Positions 1 to 10,827 of a stretch of DNA of 64,000 nt are shown one piece after another; the stretch's first letter is position 1, and the number at the start of each line of letters is the position of its first letter. The translations under genes and the position numbers were made by a program. The notes under the pieces were generated by a model. The model was not told the origin of the DNA and did no database searches. It saw only the letters and a program-made list of their open reading frames with translations. The stretch covers positions 2,034 to 66,033 of the forward strand of contig CALDZP010000033.1 in the NCBI GenBank assembly GCA_937944105.1. The letters run 5' to 3'. This stretch comes from an uncultured Ignavibacteria bacterium. GTDB taxonomy: Bacteria > Bacteroidota > Ignavibacteria > Ch128b.

Positions 1-383
1 AATTAAAGATTAAAAATGATGTTTACTTTTTAGGTAAACAAGAGGCTGTTGTTGATATTTTAAATGCAAGTGACCTTTTCATCATGCCAAGTCAATCTGA
101 AAGTTTTGGTTTATCAGCTCTTGAAGCTATGGCGTGTGGGCTTCCTACTATAACAACAAGTGTTGGTGGTTTGCCTGAATTAGTAGTTCATAACGAAACT
201 GGATACATAGCTGAGATAGGAGATATAAATAGAATGGCTAAATATGCCATTGATTTATTAACTAATCCAACCAAATACAAAAAATTTTCAGAAAGTGCTC
301 GTAAAAGGGCGGTTGAATTTTTCAATAAAGAAAAAATCGTAAAACAATATGAAGAATTCTATCAGAGAATAATAAATGAGTAA
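1..383 (+). CDS. bshA: GT4 glycosyltransferase, probably N-acetyl-alpha-D-glucosaminyl L-malate synthase (5'-truncated by window edge)
   Basis: Frame is open from position 3: LKIKNDVYFLGKQEAVVDILNASDLFIMPSQSESFGLSALEAMACG. It has the GT4 E-x7-E motif, and the FLGKQ...ESFGLSALEAMACG pattern is typical of BshA. Confidence 0.7.
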   Translation, partial: LKIKNDVYFLGKQEAVVDILNASDLFIMPSQSESFGLSALEAMACGLPTITTSVGGLPELVVHNETGYIAEIGDINRMAKYAIDLLTNPTKYKKFSESARKRAVEFFNKEKIVKQYEEFYQRIINE

Positions 384-795
384 AAGAATTTATTGCGCAG
401 GGCCAATTAGTGGCGATACAACTTTTAGTGAATATTATAAGAAAATAATTGAGATTGTTAAAAGGAGTGGATACATTCCTCTTCATGAACCAGAATTAAA
501 ACCTAATTATATTTTATCAGACGAAGAAATATACCACAGAGATATTAAATGGATTACTGAATCAGCAGGAGTTATAGCCGAAGTATCAGGACCGAGTCTT
601 GGTGTAGGATTTGAAATTGCTTATTCACTATTTATTTTGAACAAGCCAGTTTTAGCTTTATATCATGAAAGTGTTCCCCGCTTATCTGCAATGATTAAAG
701 GATGTAATTCTCCACTGCTTTCAGTACAGAGATATAAAAATGATATTGATTTAGAAAAATTCATTAAAATATATTTGCAACTAATCTTAAAATAA
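376..795 (+). CDS. Nucleoside 2-deoxyribosyltransferase / DNPH1(RCL)-like N-glycosidase
   Basis: IYCAGPISG, IYHRDIKWI and AEVSGPSLGVGFEIAY motifs. Confidence 0.8.
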   Translation: MSKRIYCAGPISGDTTFSEYYKKIIEIVKRSGYIPLHEPELKPNYILSDEEIYHRDIKWITESAGVIAEVSGPSLGVGFEIAYSLFILNKPVLALYHESVPRLSAMIKGCNSPLLSVQRYKNDIDLEKFIKIYLQLILK

Positions 796-817
796 TTAAT
801 CGAGAAATGGTATAAAT

Positions 818-1378
818 ATGAAGGCAGTAGAGATTGTTCGTTGGTATGTATTTTACACAAAACCACGATTTGAAAAAAAAATTCATGAAAAGTTGATTGC
901 AAAAGGAATTGAAAGTTACCTTCCATTAATTAAAGTCTGGCGTCAATGGAGTGATAGAAAAAAGTTGATCGAAGAACCACTCTTTAAATCTTACATTTTT
1001 GCTCATGTAAATGAAGCAGGAAGACTTTCAGTTCTTCAGACGGAAGGAATTGTAAGGTGTGTTTCTTTCAATGGTAGAATAGCAGTTGTACCGGATGAAC
1101 AAATTGAATATGTAAAGAAAATAGTTGAGCATAAACAAGATAGTTTAAGTATCAGTAACCAAATGAGTCGGGGCACAAAAGTTCGTGTGATTAATGGACC
1201 ACTTGCAGGTATGGAAGGATATGTCGAATATGTTGATGAAGATAAATGGGTAATATTTAATGTTGAAGCTGTAAATCATTCTATAAGAATTAAGTTGAGT
1301 AAAGATGAAGTTATCAAGGTAATAGATTCAGAGGAAAAATCTGAGAAAGAGAAATTTCATTACAAAAATATTATATAA
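818..1378 (+). CDS. UpxY-family NusG-paralog transcription antiterminator
   Basis: NGN domain WYVFYTKPRFEKK...RQWSDRKKLIEEPLFKSYIF and KOW domain GTKVRVINGPLAGMEG. Confidence 0.9.
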   Translation: MKAVEIVRWYVFYTKPRFEKKIHEKLIAKGIESYLPLIKVWRQWSDRKKLIEEPLFKSYIFAHVNEAGRLSVLQTEGIVRCVSFNGRIAVVPDEQIEYVKKIVEHKQDSLSISNQMSRGTKVRVINGPLAGMEGYVEYVDEDKWVIFNVEAVNHSIRIKLSKDEVIKVIDSEEKSEKEKFHYKNII

Positions 1379-1438
1379 ATTCAGATTTTTTACAAAGTTT
1401 TCAGATGTAATTTAATTTATTAAAAAAATGAATTAAGT

Positions 1439-1479
1439 AAGCCACGAATTTGTTCCCGAATTAGTGAACATCGTGGCTT
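1439..1479. terminator. Hairpin between convergent upxY-like gene and acs; probable bidirectional terminator
   Basis: AAGCCACGA...TCGTGGCTT arms with an inner TGTTC/GAACA stem. Confidence 0.6.
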
Positions 1480-1517
1480 TAATTATTAAATAATTATAAC
1501 TATTGAACTGAAGTTTT

Positions 1518-3410
1518 TTATTCTTCAAGTGTTGAAAGATTACCAGGATCCTGACCGAGAGCTCGGGCTTTTAATACTCTTCGCATAATTTTACCACTTC
1601 GAGTTTTTGGAAGCGAATCAACAAATTCAATATGCTCGGGTTTTGCAATAGGTCCAACTTCGTGTGCTACGTGCTGTCTCAACTCTTCGGCTAACTGAGA
1701 TGATTTTTCAAATCCATTTCTTAATATGACATAAGCATAAATGGCATTGCCTTTAACCTCGTGCGGTAATCCAATCGCTGCAGCTTCTGCAACAGCAGGA
1801 TGGCTAACCAGAGCGCTCTCAATTTCGGCTGTTCCTAATCTATATCCAGATACTTTAATTACATCATCTACTCTACCTATTATCCAGAAATAACCGTCTT
1901 CATCTTTTTTAGCACTATCACCAGTTAAATACCAACCATCAAATCTTGACCAATATTGATTCACATACCTTTCAGGATCTTTATAGACAGTTCTTAACAT
2001 AGCAGGCCAGGGAGTTTTTATTACCAGATATCCTTCTTCATTTGGTTTAACTGAATTTCCATTTTCATCAACAACATCCATCTCTATTCCCGGAAAAGGT
2101 CTTGTACCTGAACCTGGCTTTAATGGAACCGATGGCATTGGAGTAATCATAAACATTCCAGTTTCAGTTTGCCACCACGTATCCATTATTGGGCACTTTT
2201 CTTTTCCAACAACTTTATAATACCAGCGCCAAGCTTCAGGATTGATTGGTTCACCAACAGTTCCAAGTAATCGTAAGGATGATAAATCGTGCCTTAATAC
2301 CCACGATTCACCAAACCTCATTAAACCTCTAATTGCAGTAGGTGCAGTATATAAAATGTTTATTCCGTACTTTTCGATCATTTGCCACCAGCGATTTGGA
2401 TAAGGATAATTGGGCGCACCTTCATACAGAAAAGATGTAGCGCCATTTAATAGCGGACCATAAACAATATAACTATGACCTGTAATCCAACCTGGATCAG
2501 CAGCACACCAGTAGCGATCTTCTTCATGAATGTCAAAAACAAATTTTAGAGTAGTGTAAACTCCAACCATATAGCCAGCTTGAGTATGAAGAATTGCTTT
2601 TGGTTTGCCTGTAGTTCCTGAAGTGTAAAGAATAAATAAAGGATCCTCCGCATCCATAATTTCCAACGCACAATTTTGATTTGCAATTGGAAGATTTACC
2701 AATTCATGATACCACATATCTCTTCCTTGTTCCATGTTAATCTGTTGACCCGTTCGACGAACAACGAGCACATTTTCAACTGTTCCACATCTTTGAAGTG
2801 CTTCATCGGCAATTTGTTTTAGTGGAACAATTTTTCCTCTCTGATAGGCTCCATCAGCTACAATTAATACTTTTGATTGACTATCTTCAATTCTTTCACT
2901 TAATGCTTCCACAGAAAAGCCACCGTATACAACAGAATGGATTGCCCCAATTCTTGCACATGCAAGCATTGCCATAATTATTTCAGGAATTCTTCCCATA
3001 TAAATAGTTACTCGATCACCTTTATTCACTCCAAGACTTTTCAATACATTAGCAAACTTGCAAACTTCTCGATGTAAGGCATGATATGAATATGTTCTTA
3101 AATCACCGTTTTCCCCTTCCCATATTAGTGCAAGTTTGTTTCGACGAAATGTTTTTAGATGAACATCAAGGCAATTATAAGCGACATTTAGTTTTGCATT
3201 AGTAAACCATTTGTAGAAGGGCTTTTGAGAATCATCTATTACTTTATCCCATTTTTGAAACCAGTGAAGTTCATTTGCCATTTTTTCCCAGAATCCAGGA
3301 TAATCTTTTTTTGCTGTTTCATTCAATTCGTCCCAGTTTTTGATGTGAGCTCTTTCTATTACTTCAGAAGATGGATAATAAACTTCACCGGATAGTTGTT
3401 TGTGATGCAT
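1518..3410 (-). CDS. acs: Acetate--CoA ligase (AMP-forming acetyl-CoA synthetase)
   Basis: [19 protein letters not shown] and [11 protein letters not shown] motifs; SD GGAGG upstream. Confidence 0.95.
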   Translation of the reverse strand: MHHKQLSGEVYYPSSEVIERAHIKNWDELNETAKKDYPGFWEKMANELHWFQKWDKVIDDSQKPFYKWFTNAKLNVAYNCLDVHLKTFRRNKLALIWEGENGDLRTYSYHALHREVCKFANVLKSLGVNKGDRVTIYMGRIPEIIMAMLACARIGAIHSVVYGGFSVEALSERIEDSQSKVLIVADGAYQRGKIVPLKQIADEALQRCGTVENVLVVRRTGQQINMEQGRDMWYHELVNLPIANQNCALEIMDAEDPLFILYTSGTTGKPKAILHTQAGYMVGVYTTLKFVFDIHEEDRYWCAADPGWITGHSYIVYGPLLNGATSFLYEGAPNYPYPNRWWQMIEKYGINILYTAPTAIRGLMRFGESWVLRHDLSSLRLLGTVGEPINPEAWRWYYKVVGKEKCPIMDTWWQTETGMFMITPMPSVPLKPGSGTRPFPGIEMDVVDENGNSVKPNEEGYLVIKTPWPAMLRTVYKDPERYVNQYWSRFDGWYLTGDSAKKDEDGYFWIIGRVDDVIKVSGYRLGTAEIESALVSHPAVAEAAAIGLPHEVKGNAIYAYVILRNGFEKSSQLAEELRQHVAHEVGPIAKPEHIEFVDSLPKTRSGKIMRRVLKARALGQDPGNLSTLEE

Positions 3411-3695
3411 AAATCCTCCTGATTTTGATTACTACTTTATCTGTGTTTATTTATCAAAAAACAATTTAGTTTTTGAAAATTTTATAATCAATTGATTTTT
3501 TCATCTTTTGAAAAGAGAAAAAATTCTACTCGTTTTGAAGTTTATCTATTTGAATTGAACTCAACTTTTATTTCTCTTAATGAAAATTAATCTAATGTCT
3601 TTACTTAAAATATTGCTTTGTATAACAATTTTATCTATCATTTTAATTTCAAATATATTAAATTAGATAGACCGATAACTAAAAAAGGAGAGAGC

Positions 3696-4304
3696 ATGAA
3701 GAATAGAGCTTTACTAATTGGCTGTTCAATAGGAGCAGTCATATTGTTGGTAGTTTTTTTAATTTTTTCTTTTGGTGTTTCAAAGTATAATCAACTCGTT
3801 TCTTTAAATGAAGAAGTAAATAAAGCCTGGTCACAAGTTGAAAATCAATATCAGAGGAGATATGATCTTATTCCAAATCTCGTTGAAACAGTTAAAGGAG
3901 TTGCGAATTTTGAAAAGGAGACATACATAGCTGTGACGGAGGCAAGAGCAAAAGTAGGGCAAATTCAAATTACCTCGCAAATGTTAGAAGATCCACAAGC
4001 ATTTGAGAGATTCCAAGCTGCTCAGGATAATCTATCTTCAGCATTATCGAGACTTCTCGTGGCAGTTGAAAATTATCCTCAATTGAAAGCCAATGAAAAC
4101 TTTCTTCAATTGCAAGCACAATTAGAAGGTACAGAAAACAGAATTTCTGTGGAAAGAAAAAGATATAATGAAGCTGTTCAATCGTTTAATACTGCAATTA
4201 AAAAGTTTCCCACAAATATCATTGCTGGTATGTTCGGGTTTAGAGAGAAGCAATATTTCAAAGCTGCAACCGGAGCCGAAGAAGCACCAAAAGTTAAATT
4301 CTGA
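3696..4304 (+). CDS. lemA: LemA family protein
   Basis: N-terminal TM helix, QYQRRYDLIPNLVETVKG, VENYPQLKA, LEGTENRI. Start placed at ATG 3696 after the AAGGAG SD. Confidence 0.92.
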   Translation: MKNRALLIGCSIGAVILLVVFLIFSFGVSKYNQLVSLNEEVNKAWSQVENQYQRRYDLIPNLVETVKGVANFEKETYIAVTEARAKVGQIQITSQMLEDPQAFERFQAAQDNLSSALSRLLVAVENYPQLKANENFLQLQAQLEGTENRISVERKRYNEAVQSFNTAIKKFPTNIIAGMFGFREKQYFKAATGAEEAPKVKF

Positions 4305-4322
4305 TTTGGTATAATAAATTTT

Positions 4323-5066
4323 ATGAAAAATTTAATTCTCTTCTTATTATTCTTTGTTAATTCAATTTATTCTGATATTAATGTCCCGATACTAACAAAA
4401 TATGTAACAGATCAAACAAATACATTGAGTCCCACACAAATTCAAGAACTTGAATACAGATTAAAAACATACGAAGATACAACATCTAATCAGATAGTAA
4501 TTTTAATTATTTCATCTCTTGAAGGGGAAGATTTGTTCGATTATTCACAAAGAGTTGCTGAGAAAAATAAAATTGGTCAGAAAGGCAAAGATAATGGGAT
4601 TTTAATTTTAGTTGTAAAGGAAGATAGAAAAATAAGAATTGAAGTGGGATATGGACTTGAAAGTGTTGTTCCTGATGCAGTTGCAAGTTCAATAATTCGT
4701 AATATAATTGCTCCATATTTTAAATCTGGTAATTATTATGAAGGGCTAAAAAAAGGAATTGAGACAATTCAAGATGCAATTGCGGGAACATATAAAGCTG
4801 AAAAAAATAATGATGAATCAAGTGCATTAATTATTGCGATTATTATCATTTTAGTTATTCTGGTATTCTTTTCGATTGTTGGAGGAATTGGAAAATTTTC
4901 AAGTGGAGGATGGATTTATTCAAGTGGAGGATGGTACTCTTATCCAAAAAGAAGAAGTAGTTGGGGTGGATTTGGAGGTGGTTTCGGTGGAGGTGGTTTT
5001 GGTGGAGGCGGATTTAGCGGTGGTGGTGGATCTTTTGGCGGTGGCGGTGCAAGTGGTAGCTGGTGA
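4323..5066 (+). CDS. TPM-domain (YgcG-like) membrane protein with Gly-rich tail
   Basis: IGQKGKDNGILILV, RIEVGYGLE, and C-terminal FSGGGGSFGGGGASGSW. Confidence 0.9.
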   Translation: MKNLILFLLFFVNSIYSDINVPILTKYVTDQTNTLSPTQIQELEYRLKTYEDTTSNQIVILIISSLEGEDLFDYSQRVAEKNKIGQKGKDNGILILVVKEDRKIRIEVGYGLESVVPDAVASSIIRNIIAPYFKSGNYYEGLKKGIETIQDAIAGTYKAEKNNDESSALIIAIIIILVILVFFSIVGGIGKFSSGGWIYSSGGWYSYPKRRSSWGGFGGGFGGGGFGGGGFSGGGGSFGGGGASGSW

Positions 5067-5403
5067 TTGTTTTTGTTATAAGATTTTTTCTTTGTCTATT
5101 ATAGATTTTAATTCTAAGCAAGATAAAAAATATTAAGTGTGCAGTAAAATTTGTTTTATATTTTTTAGTTGCTTTATGAGTTTTAATGGTTGATTGAGAT
5201 TAAATTTATTTTTTAGTCAAGATAAGCGTTAAACTTACATTGAATTCACATCAGAATTTTTATAGTTTGCATATAAATAAATATGGATTGAGTTCTTTCA
5301 TCAAATTGTAATTAAAAAATTCACATATACATTTAGTAATAATCAATTAGAGAAACATTTAAATCTTTTAACACAAACAATAAATTTTCGGAGGTAATTA
5401 AAA

Positions 5404-5736
5404 ATGGCCATAATGATAACAACGGATTGCATCAATTGTGGTGCATGTGAACCAGAATGCCCAAATACTGCTATTTATCCTGGTGGAACACCCTGGCAAC
5501 TTGCAGGAAAAACTTATGGTCCCAATGATCCTGCACCATCTGGCGCAGTTGGATTTTATTCTGATGAATATTTCTATATAGTTCCAGATAAATGTACAGA
5601 ATGCGTTGGTTTCCATGATGAACCCCAGTGCGCTGCTGTTTGTCCAGTTGATTGTTGTGTACCAGATCCTAATCATGTTGAGGACAAAGAAACGCTACTT
5701 AAGAAAAAAGAATATCTTGATTCTTTAGGAAGGTAA
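5404..5736 (+). CDS. 2[4Fe-4S] dicluster ferredoxin (YfhL-like)
   Basis: CINCGACEPECP and CTECVGFHDEPQCAAVCP; SD GGAGG. Confidence 0.92.
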   Translation: MAIMITTDCINCGACEPECPNTAIYPGGTPWQLAGKTYGPNDPAPSGAVGFYSDEYFYIVPDKCTECVGFHDEPQCAAVCPVDCCVPDPNHVEDKETLLKKKEYLDSLGR

Positions 5737-5758
5737 AAAATTTATCTTCTAATTTCTC

Positions 5759-5790
5759 AAGTCGATGCAATTTGCATCGACTTTTTTATT
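5759..5790 (+). terminator. Intrinsic terminator after ferredoxin
   Basis: AAGTCGATGCAA-T-TTGCATCGACTT inverted repeat running into a T tract. Confidence 0.8.
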
Positions 5791-5804
5791 TTAAATAAAA
5801 AGGA

Positions 5805-6650
5805 ATGAAAATGAAAATAGGTAAATATAAAATATATTCTCTAAAATCTGGTATATTTAGACTCGATGGTGGTGCAATGTTTGGAGTTGTTCCAAAAGTA
5901 ATCTGGAACAAATTGAATCCTGCCGATGAATTGAATCGAATTAATTTAAGCACACGTTCGCTTCTCTTAGTTTCAGATAAGAAAAAGATTATTGTTGATA
6001 CTGGAATTGGGAATAAATTTGACGAAAAATTTAAAAATATTTATGCTATTGAGAATCTTTCACTGGAGGATTTATTGAATTCAAAAGGAATAGAACCCGA
6101 TTCAATAACTGATGTGATAATTACTCACCTTCATTTTGATCATACTGGTGGTTCAACTAAAATCATTAATGATAAAATTGTTCCTACTTTCAGAAATGCC
6201 AAATATTTTGTTCAAAGAAAACAATTTGAATGGGCTTTAAATCCATCAGAAAAAGATAGAGCAAGTTTTATAAAAGATGATTTTTTACCATTGCAGGAAT
6301 TTAATCAATTAGTCTTAAAAGATGGAAATTTTAAATTTGATGATGAAATTGAAATCATAACTACAAATGGACATACACCATATCAGCAACACTTAAAAAT
6401 ATCAGATGGTGAGAATATTCTATTTTATTGTGGAGATTTGATTCCAACAACAGCTCACATTCCGATACCCTATGTGATGAGTTATGATCTTTTTCCAGTT
6501 ACAACGATTGAAGAAAAAAAGAAAATTCTTTTACAGGCATTTGAAGAAAAATGGTTATTATTTTTTGAACATGATCCTGAAATTTCAGCTGTTAATTTGA
6601 AAGAAAGTAAAAAAGGATTTGAGGTAGATCAAAAATTTTTTATGGATTAA
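5805..6650 (+). CDS. MBL-fold metallo-hydrolase (YtnP-like)
   Basis: LDGGAMFGVVPK, THLHFDH, GHT and FEHDP motifs. Confidence 0.9.
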   Translation: MKMKIGKYKIYSLKSGIFRLDGGAMFGVVPKVIWNKLNPADELNRINLSTRSLLLVSDKKKIIVDTGIGNKFDEKFKNIYAIENLSLEDLLNSKGIEPDSITDVIITHLHFDHTGGSTKIINDKIVPTFRNAKYFVQRKQFEWALNPSEKDRASFIKDDFLPLQEFNQLVLKDGNFKFDDEIEIITTNGHTPYQQHLKISDGENILFYCGDLIPTTAHIPIPYVMSYDLFPVTTIEEKKKILLQAFEEKWLLFFEHDPEISAVNLKESKKGFEVDQKFFMD

Positions 6651-6659
6651 AGAGAAGTT

Positions 6660-6992
6660 ATGGAAAAAGAAAATTTAGTTAAGATATGCAAAGTGGATGA
6701 TATTCCTGAAAATAAAGGAGTAAGATTTGAAATTGATGATTATGATCTTGCAATTTTTAAGATTAAAGGAGAAATATTTGTTATTAATAATGTTTGTCCA
6801 CATAATCACACTCCCCAAATGTTTAATGGTCATTTAATGGGGGCTTCTATTGCCTGTCCTATTCATGGTTGGAAGTTTGATCTTAAAACAGGAAAAACTC
6901 TAAATAATAATAGTGATATCAAGACATTTGCTTCTAAAGTTATTGATGGTTATTTGTTTGTGAGTCTTCCAAAAAAATTTTTTAAATGGTAA
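6660..6992 (+). CDS. Rieske [2Fe-2S] ferredoxin
   Basis: CPH...CPIHGWKFD Rieske ligands. Confidence 0.9.
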   Translation: MEKENLVKICKVDDIPENKGVRFEIDDYDLAIFKIKGEIFVINNVCPHNHTPQMFNGHLMGASIACPIHGWKFDLKTGKTLNNNSDIKTFASKVIDGYLFVSLPKKFFKW

Positions 6993-6993
6993 G

Positions 6994-7944
6994 ATGAATA
7001 GCAAGGAGCTAACAAAATATTTACGTCAAAAAATTATTGATTTGGGTTTTGATCTGGTTGGATTTTCCAGAGCTGAAGAGTTGACGAAAGAGAGAATAAT
7101 TTTAAAACAATGGCTCCTTAAAGGTTATCAGGCTGAGATGAATTGGATTTATAAATCTTTTGAGAAAAGAGTGAATCCTTTTTTAATTCTTCCTGAAGCA
7201 AAATCAATAATTTCTGTTGGATTAAATTATTTTCAGGTAGGTAAATCAGATTTTTTATTTAATAACGCTGGAAAAATTTCCAGATACGCTTGGGGGAAAG
7301 ATTATCATAGAGTGATTGAGAAAAAGTTTAAAGTCTTGAAAAAAATTCTTTTAGAAATTGAACCCGATTCAAAGAATAAATTTTATGTTGATTATGGTCC
7401 GACAATGGATAAAGTCTGGGCTGTTCGTAGTGGACTTGGTTGGATGGGTAAACATACAAATGTTATTAGTACTTCTATAGGTTCATGGTTTTTCATTGGC
7501 ACAGTTTTGACTTCAATTCAACTTGAGTACGATAATCCAATTTCAGATATGTGTGGTGATTGTCGTATTTGTATTGATGCATGTCCAACAGGTGCAATAA
7601 TTGATGATTATTTACTCGATGCAAAAAAATGTATTTCTTATCATACGATTGAGAATAAAAACGAAATACCAGAAGAATTAAAAGGAAAATTTGAAAACTA
7701 TATTTTTGGTTGTGATATTTGTCAGGATGTTTGTCCGTGGAATCACAAACTTCAAATAGAAACGAATGAGAGGGATTTTGCATCTAATACAATTGAATTT
7801 ATTGAAAAAAAAGATTTAGAAAACTTAAGTGAAAAAGATTTTAAAGAAAAATTTAAAGGAAAAGCTATTTTAAGAGCTGGATTAAAAAATCTATTAAGAA
7901 ATTTTGATTACATAAAAAAATTTAATGAAAGGAGTAAAATATGA
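6994..7944 (+). CDS. queG: tRNA epoxyqueuosine(34) reductase
   Basis: [44 protein letters not shown]. Confidence 0.95.
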   Translation: MNSKELTKYLRQKIIDLGFDLVGFSRAEELTKERIILKQWLLKGYQAEMNWIYKSFEKRVNPFLILPEAKSIISVGLNYFQVGKSDFLFNNAGKISRYAWGKDYHRVIEKKFKVLKKILLEIEPDSKNKFYVDYGPTMDKVWAVRSGLGWMGKHTNVISTSIGSWFFIGTVLTSIQLEYDNPISDMCGDCRICIDACPTGAIIDDYLLDAKKCISYHTIENKNEIPEELKGKFENYIFGCDICQDVCPWNHKLQIETNERDFASNTIEFIEKKDLENLSEKDFKEKFKGKAILRAGLKNLLRNFDYIKKFNERSKI

Positions 7945-8891
7945 ATTCGAATCATCGGAAAGTAATTATTATAGGTTCAGGTCCTGCTGGTTTCACTGCA
8001 GCAATTTATGCAGCCCGAGCAAATCTTTCTCCACTTGTATTTGAAGGAAATCAACCTGGTGGGCAACTAACTATTACCACTGAAGTCGAAAACTTTCCTG
8101 GCTTTGAAAATGGCATAATGGGACCAGAATTAATGGATATTATGAGAAAACAAGCAAAGAGATTCGGTGCAGAAATGATTTTCAAATACGTTGATAAAGT
8201 CGATTTCTCTTCCAGACCATTTAAAATTTATTCAGGGAAAAATGAATTCACCGCTGATGCTGTTATAATCGCAACTGGCGCTTCAGCAAAATTTTTAGGA
8301 ATTCCATCAGAACAGGAATTTATGGGACATGGTGTTTCAGCATGTGCAACTTGTGATGGATTCTTTTTCAAAGAAAAAGATGTAATTGTTGTGGGGGGTG
8401 GTGATTCGGCTATGGAAGAGGCAACTTATTTAACTAAGTTTGCTAAAAAAGTTACAATTGTTCACAGAAGAGATCAATTTAGAGCATCAGCTATTATGAT
8501 TGAAAGAGCAAAGAAAAATCCAAAGATAGAATTTAGATTAAATGAAGTGGTAGATGAAATTTTGGGTAAAAATGAAAATGGTTTGAAATTTGTTACTGGT
8601 GTAAAATTAAGAAATGTTAAAACCAACCAAATAACAGAACTACCTGTAGATGGAGTTTTTCTTGCAATTGGTCATAAACCCAATACAGAGATATTTAAAG
8701 ATTATCTCGAACTTGATGAAATGGGTTACATTAAAGTAAAACCTGGTAGAACTCATACGAGTATCGAAGGAGTTTTTGCTGCTGGTGATGTAACAGATAA
8801 AGTGTACCGACAGGCTATTACAGCTGCGGGTATGGGTTGTATGGCTGCCATTGATGCAGGTCGCTGGTTAGAAGAAAAAGAACTTGATTAG
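7941..8891 (+). CDS. trxB: Thioredoxin-disulfide reductase
   Basis: GSGPAG FAD motif, CATC active site, GGGDSA NADPH motif. Confidence 0.96.
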   Translation: MNSNHRKVIIIGSGPAGFTAAIYAARANLSPLVFEGNQPGGQLTITTEVENFPGFENGIMGPELMDIMRKQAKRFGAEMIFKYVDKVDFSSRPFKIYSGKNEFTADAVIIATGASAKFLGIPSEQEFMGHGVSACATCDGFFFKEKDVIVVGGGDSAMEEATYLTKFAKKVTIVHRRDQFRASAIMIERAKKNPKIEFRLNEVVDEILGKNENGLKFVTGVKLRNVKTNQITELPVDGVFLAIGHKPNTEIFKDYLELDEMGYIKVKPGRTHTSIEGVFAAGDVTDKVYRQAITAAGMGCMAAIDAGRWLEEKELD

Positions 8892-8933
8892 CTATCAAAT
8901 TTTCTCAATAGAACGATAAAGGATAACTTTAAT

Positions 8934-8973
8934 AATGGCTATTGCAATTAATTAGTTTTGATAGCCATTTTTT
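8934..8973 (+). terminator. Probable intrinsic terminator after trxB
   Basis: AATGGCTAT...ATAGCCATT followed by a T run. Confidence 0.6.
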
Positions 8974-9119
8974 ATAAACTTACCTTTATAAAATTTGTAG
9001 TGAATACGAAATGACAATTATTCGCTTACAAAAATTTAATTAAAATTTTAAGGATAAAATGAGCAATTTTTTGAAAATATATTTTTTTATATCTTAAGAA
9101 AAAGAAGGATAACCAGATT

Positions 9120-10211
9120 ATGCCAAAATCTAAAGTTGCTGTTCTTAGAACAAGTCCAAAGACTGTATTAGAGGATTATCAAAAACTCCTTGAATTAGCT
9201 GAAGTAGAAAAGTATTTAGATAAAAGTGCAACAACAATTTTAAAAGATAATATTTCATGGCATTTCCCATTTCCGGGAGCTAACACAACTCCATGGCAAT
9301 TAGAAGGGACAATACTAGGATTAAAAAAGTTTGGATACAACGATTTGGTCTGTGTGCAAAATAAGACCGTTGTAACTGATGCATTTAAAGGTGAAGATTT
9401 AAATAAATACAAACCTGTTTTTAAAAAATACAATGTCCCAGTTCTCTTTAATTTTAAAGATGAAGACATGAAATGGATTAAGTATGAACCAAAAGCTAAG
9501 ATGCTCGTTTTAAATCATATTTACCCTGAAGGTATAACTATTCCTGATTATTTTATTGGTAAGAATATAGTTCACCTACCAACAGTTAAATGCCATATTT
9601 ATACTACTACTACGGGTGCAATGAAAAATGCTTTTGGAGGTCTATTAAATACAAAACGTCATTATACTCATTCATGGATTCATAAAACTCTTGTTGATTT
9701 ACTTCAGATACAAAAAGAAATTCACACTGGAATTTTTGCTGTGATGGATGGTACAACAGCTGGGAATGGACCCGGACCAAGAACGATGATTCCTATTGTA
9801 AAGAATGTGATACTTGCAAGTGGTGATCAGGTAGCAATTGATGCGGTTGCGGCAAAAATGATGGGATTTGATCCAATGAGTATCGAATACATTCGAGTTG
9901 CGGATGAATTAGGTTTAGGAATAGGAAAACCACAAGATATTGAAATTATCGGCGATGATGTTTCAAATGAAAATTGGAATTTCTTTGTTGGTGATAATGG
10001 TGCAAGCTTAGTTGGCGATTTACTGTGGTTTGGACCATTGAAATCAATCCAAAAATTCTTTTTTAGAACTCCACTGGTTCATCTTTTTATTTTTGGTTCA
10101 GAATTTTATCACGATTATTATCGCTGGCCCTTGAAGGATAAAAAAGTTTTCAAACGCTGGCTGAAAGAAACAGAATGGGGAAAGTTATTTGAGAATTATG
10201 AAGCAGTATAA
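9120..10211 (+). CDS. DUF362 family (Fe-S associated) protein
   Basis: LPTVKCH...TTGAMKNAFG, MDGTTAGNGPGP and DQVAIDAVAAKMMG motifs. Confidence 0.8.
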   Translation: MPKSKVAVLRTSPKTVLEDYQKLLELAEVEKYLDKSATTILKDNISWHFPFPGANTTPWQLEGTILGLKKFGYNDLVCVQNKTVVTDAFKGEDLNKYKPVFKKYNVPVLFNFKDEDMKWIKYEPKAKMLVLNHIYPEGITIPDYFIGKNIVHLPTVKCHIYTTTTGAMKNAFGGLLNTKRHYTHSWIHKTLVDLLQIQKEIHTGIFAVMDGTTAGNGPGPRTMIPIVKNVILASGDQVAIDAVAAKMMGFDPMSIEYIRVADELGLGIGKPQDIEIIGDDVSNENWNFFVGDNGASLVGDLLWFGPLKSIQKFFFRTPLVHLFIFGSEFYHDYYRWPLKDKKVFKRWLKETEWGKLFENYEAV

Positions 10212-10322
10212 TCGATGAAATATTTAATTATTTTTAGGGAGGTTGCATTCCACGTCTGAATTTAAATTTTACATTTTACAAAATAATTTCTAACTTATTT
10301 ATAAAAAATTGGAGGGCTTCCA

Positions 10323-10772
10323 ATGAAAACCCTTAAAGATATTTTGGTTAATCGTCCTTTACTTGCAATTCAAAAAGATTTTACCGTTCGACAGGCAAGC
10401 GAGTATATGACAAAAAATAAAATTGGTCTTGTACCGATTCTTGATGGTGATAAACTTGTTGGCGTATTTTCAGAAAGAGATTTGATGCAAAGAGTAGTTG
10501 CTGCTGGAAAAGATCCTGATAAAACAAAAGTTGAAGAAGTGATGACGGTTGATTTAGTTGTTTCTGAAGAGAATGAAACTTACCTTGAGTGTCTTGCAAA
10601 GATGAAAACTGCCAATATTAGACACATTCTGGTTAAATCTGGTGATAAACTAATCGGGGTTGTTTCAATGCGAGATTTACTTCAAGCCGATTTAAATCTA
10701 AAAGATGAAACGATAGAAGTTCTCTATAATTACATCAATTCTAAACCAATAATAAAGCAGGGGGAAATTTAA
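10323..10772 (+). CDS. CBS-domain pair protein
   Basis: LVGVFSERDL...VEEVMT...IRHILV...GVVSMRDL. Confidence 0.9.
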   Translation: MKTLKDILVNRPLLAIQKDFTVRQASEYMTKNKIGLVPILDGDKLVGVFSERDLMQRVVAAGKDPDKTKVEEVMTVDLVVSEENETYLECLAKMKTANIRHILVKSGDKLIGVVSMRDLLQADLNLKDETIEVLYNYINSKPIIKQGEI

Positions 10773-10791
10773 ACAAAAGAATTGTTTTTTG

Positions 10792-10807
10792 ATACTATAT
10801 ATAGTAT
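10792..10807. promoter_or_regulatory. 16-bp perfect palindrome, putative HicB operator within the TA promoter
   Basis: ATACTATATATAGTAT lies 20 bp upstream of the toxin ATG, between a putative -35 TTGTTT (10782) and overlapping a putative -10 TATTTT (10805). Confidence 0.6.
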
Positions 10808-10827
10808 TTTTGTGGAGATAATTTTTA

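Noticed and set aside
4876-5136. 86-aa Val-rich ORF
   Set aside because: It is a frame-shifted shadow of the Gly-rich GGT repeats in the TPM gene tail.
5398-5676. 92-aa antisense ORF over the ferredoxin, and the other short ORFs nested in or antisense to long genes (e.g. 663-926, 7493-7783, 9179-9469, 14664-14987, 23122-23436, 57278-57565)
   Set aside because: They lie within well-supported genes and show no recognisable motifs.
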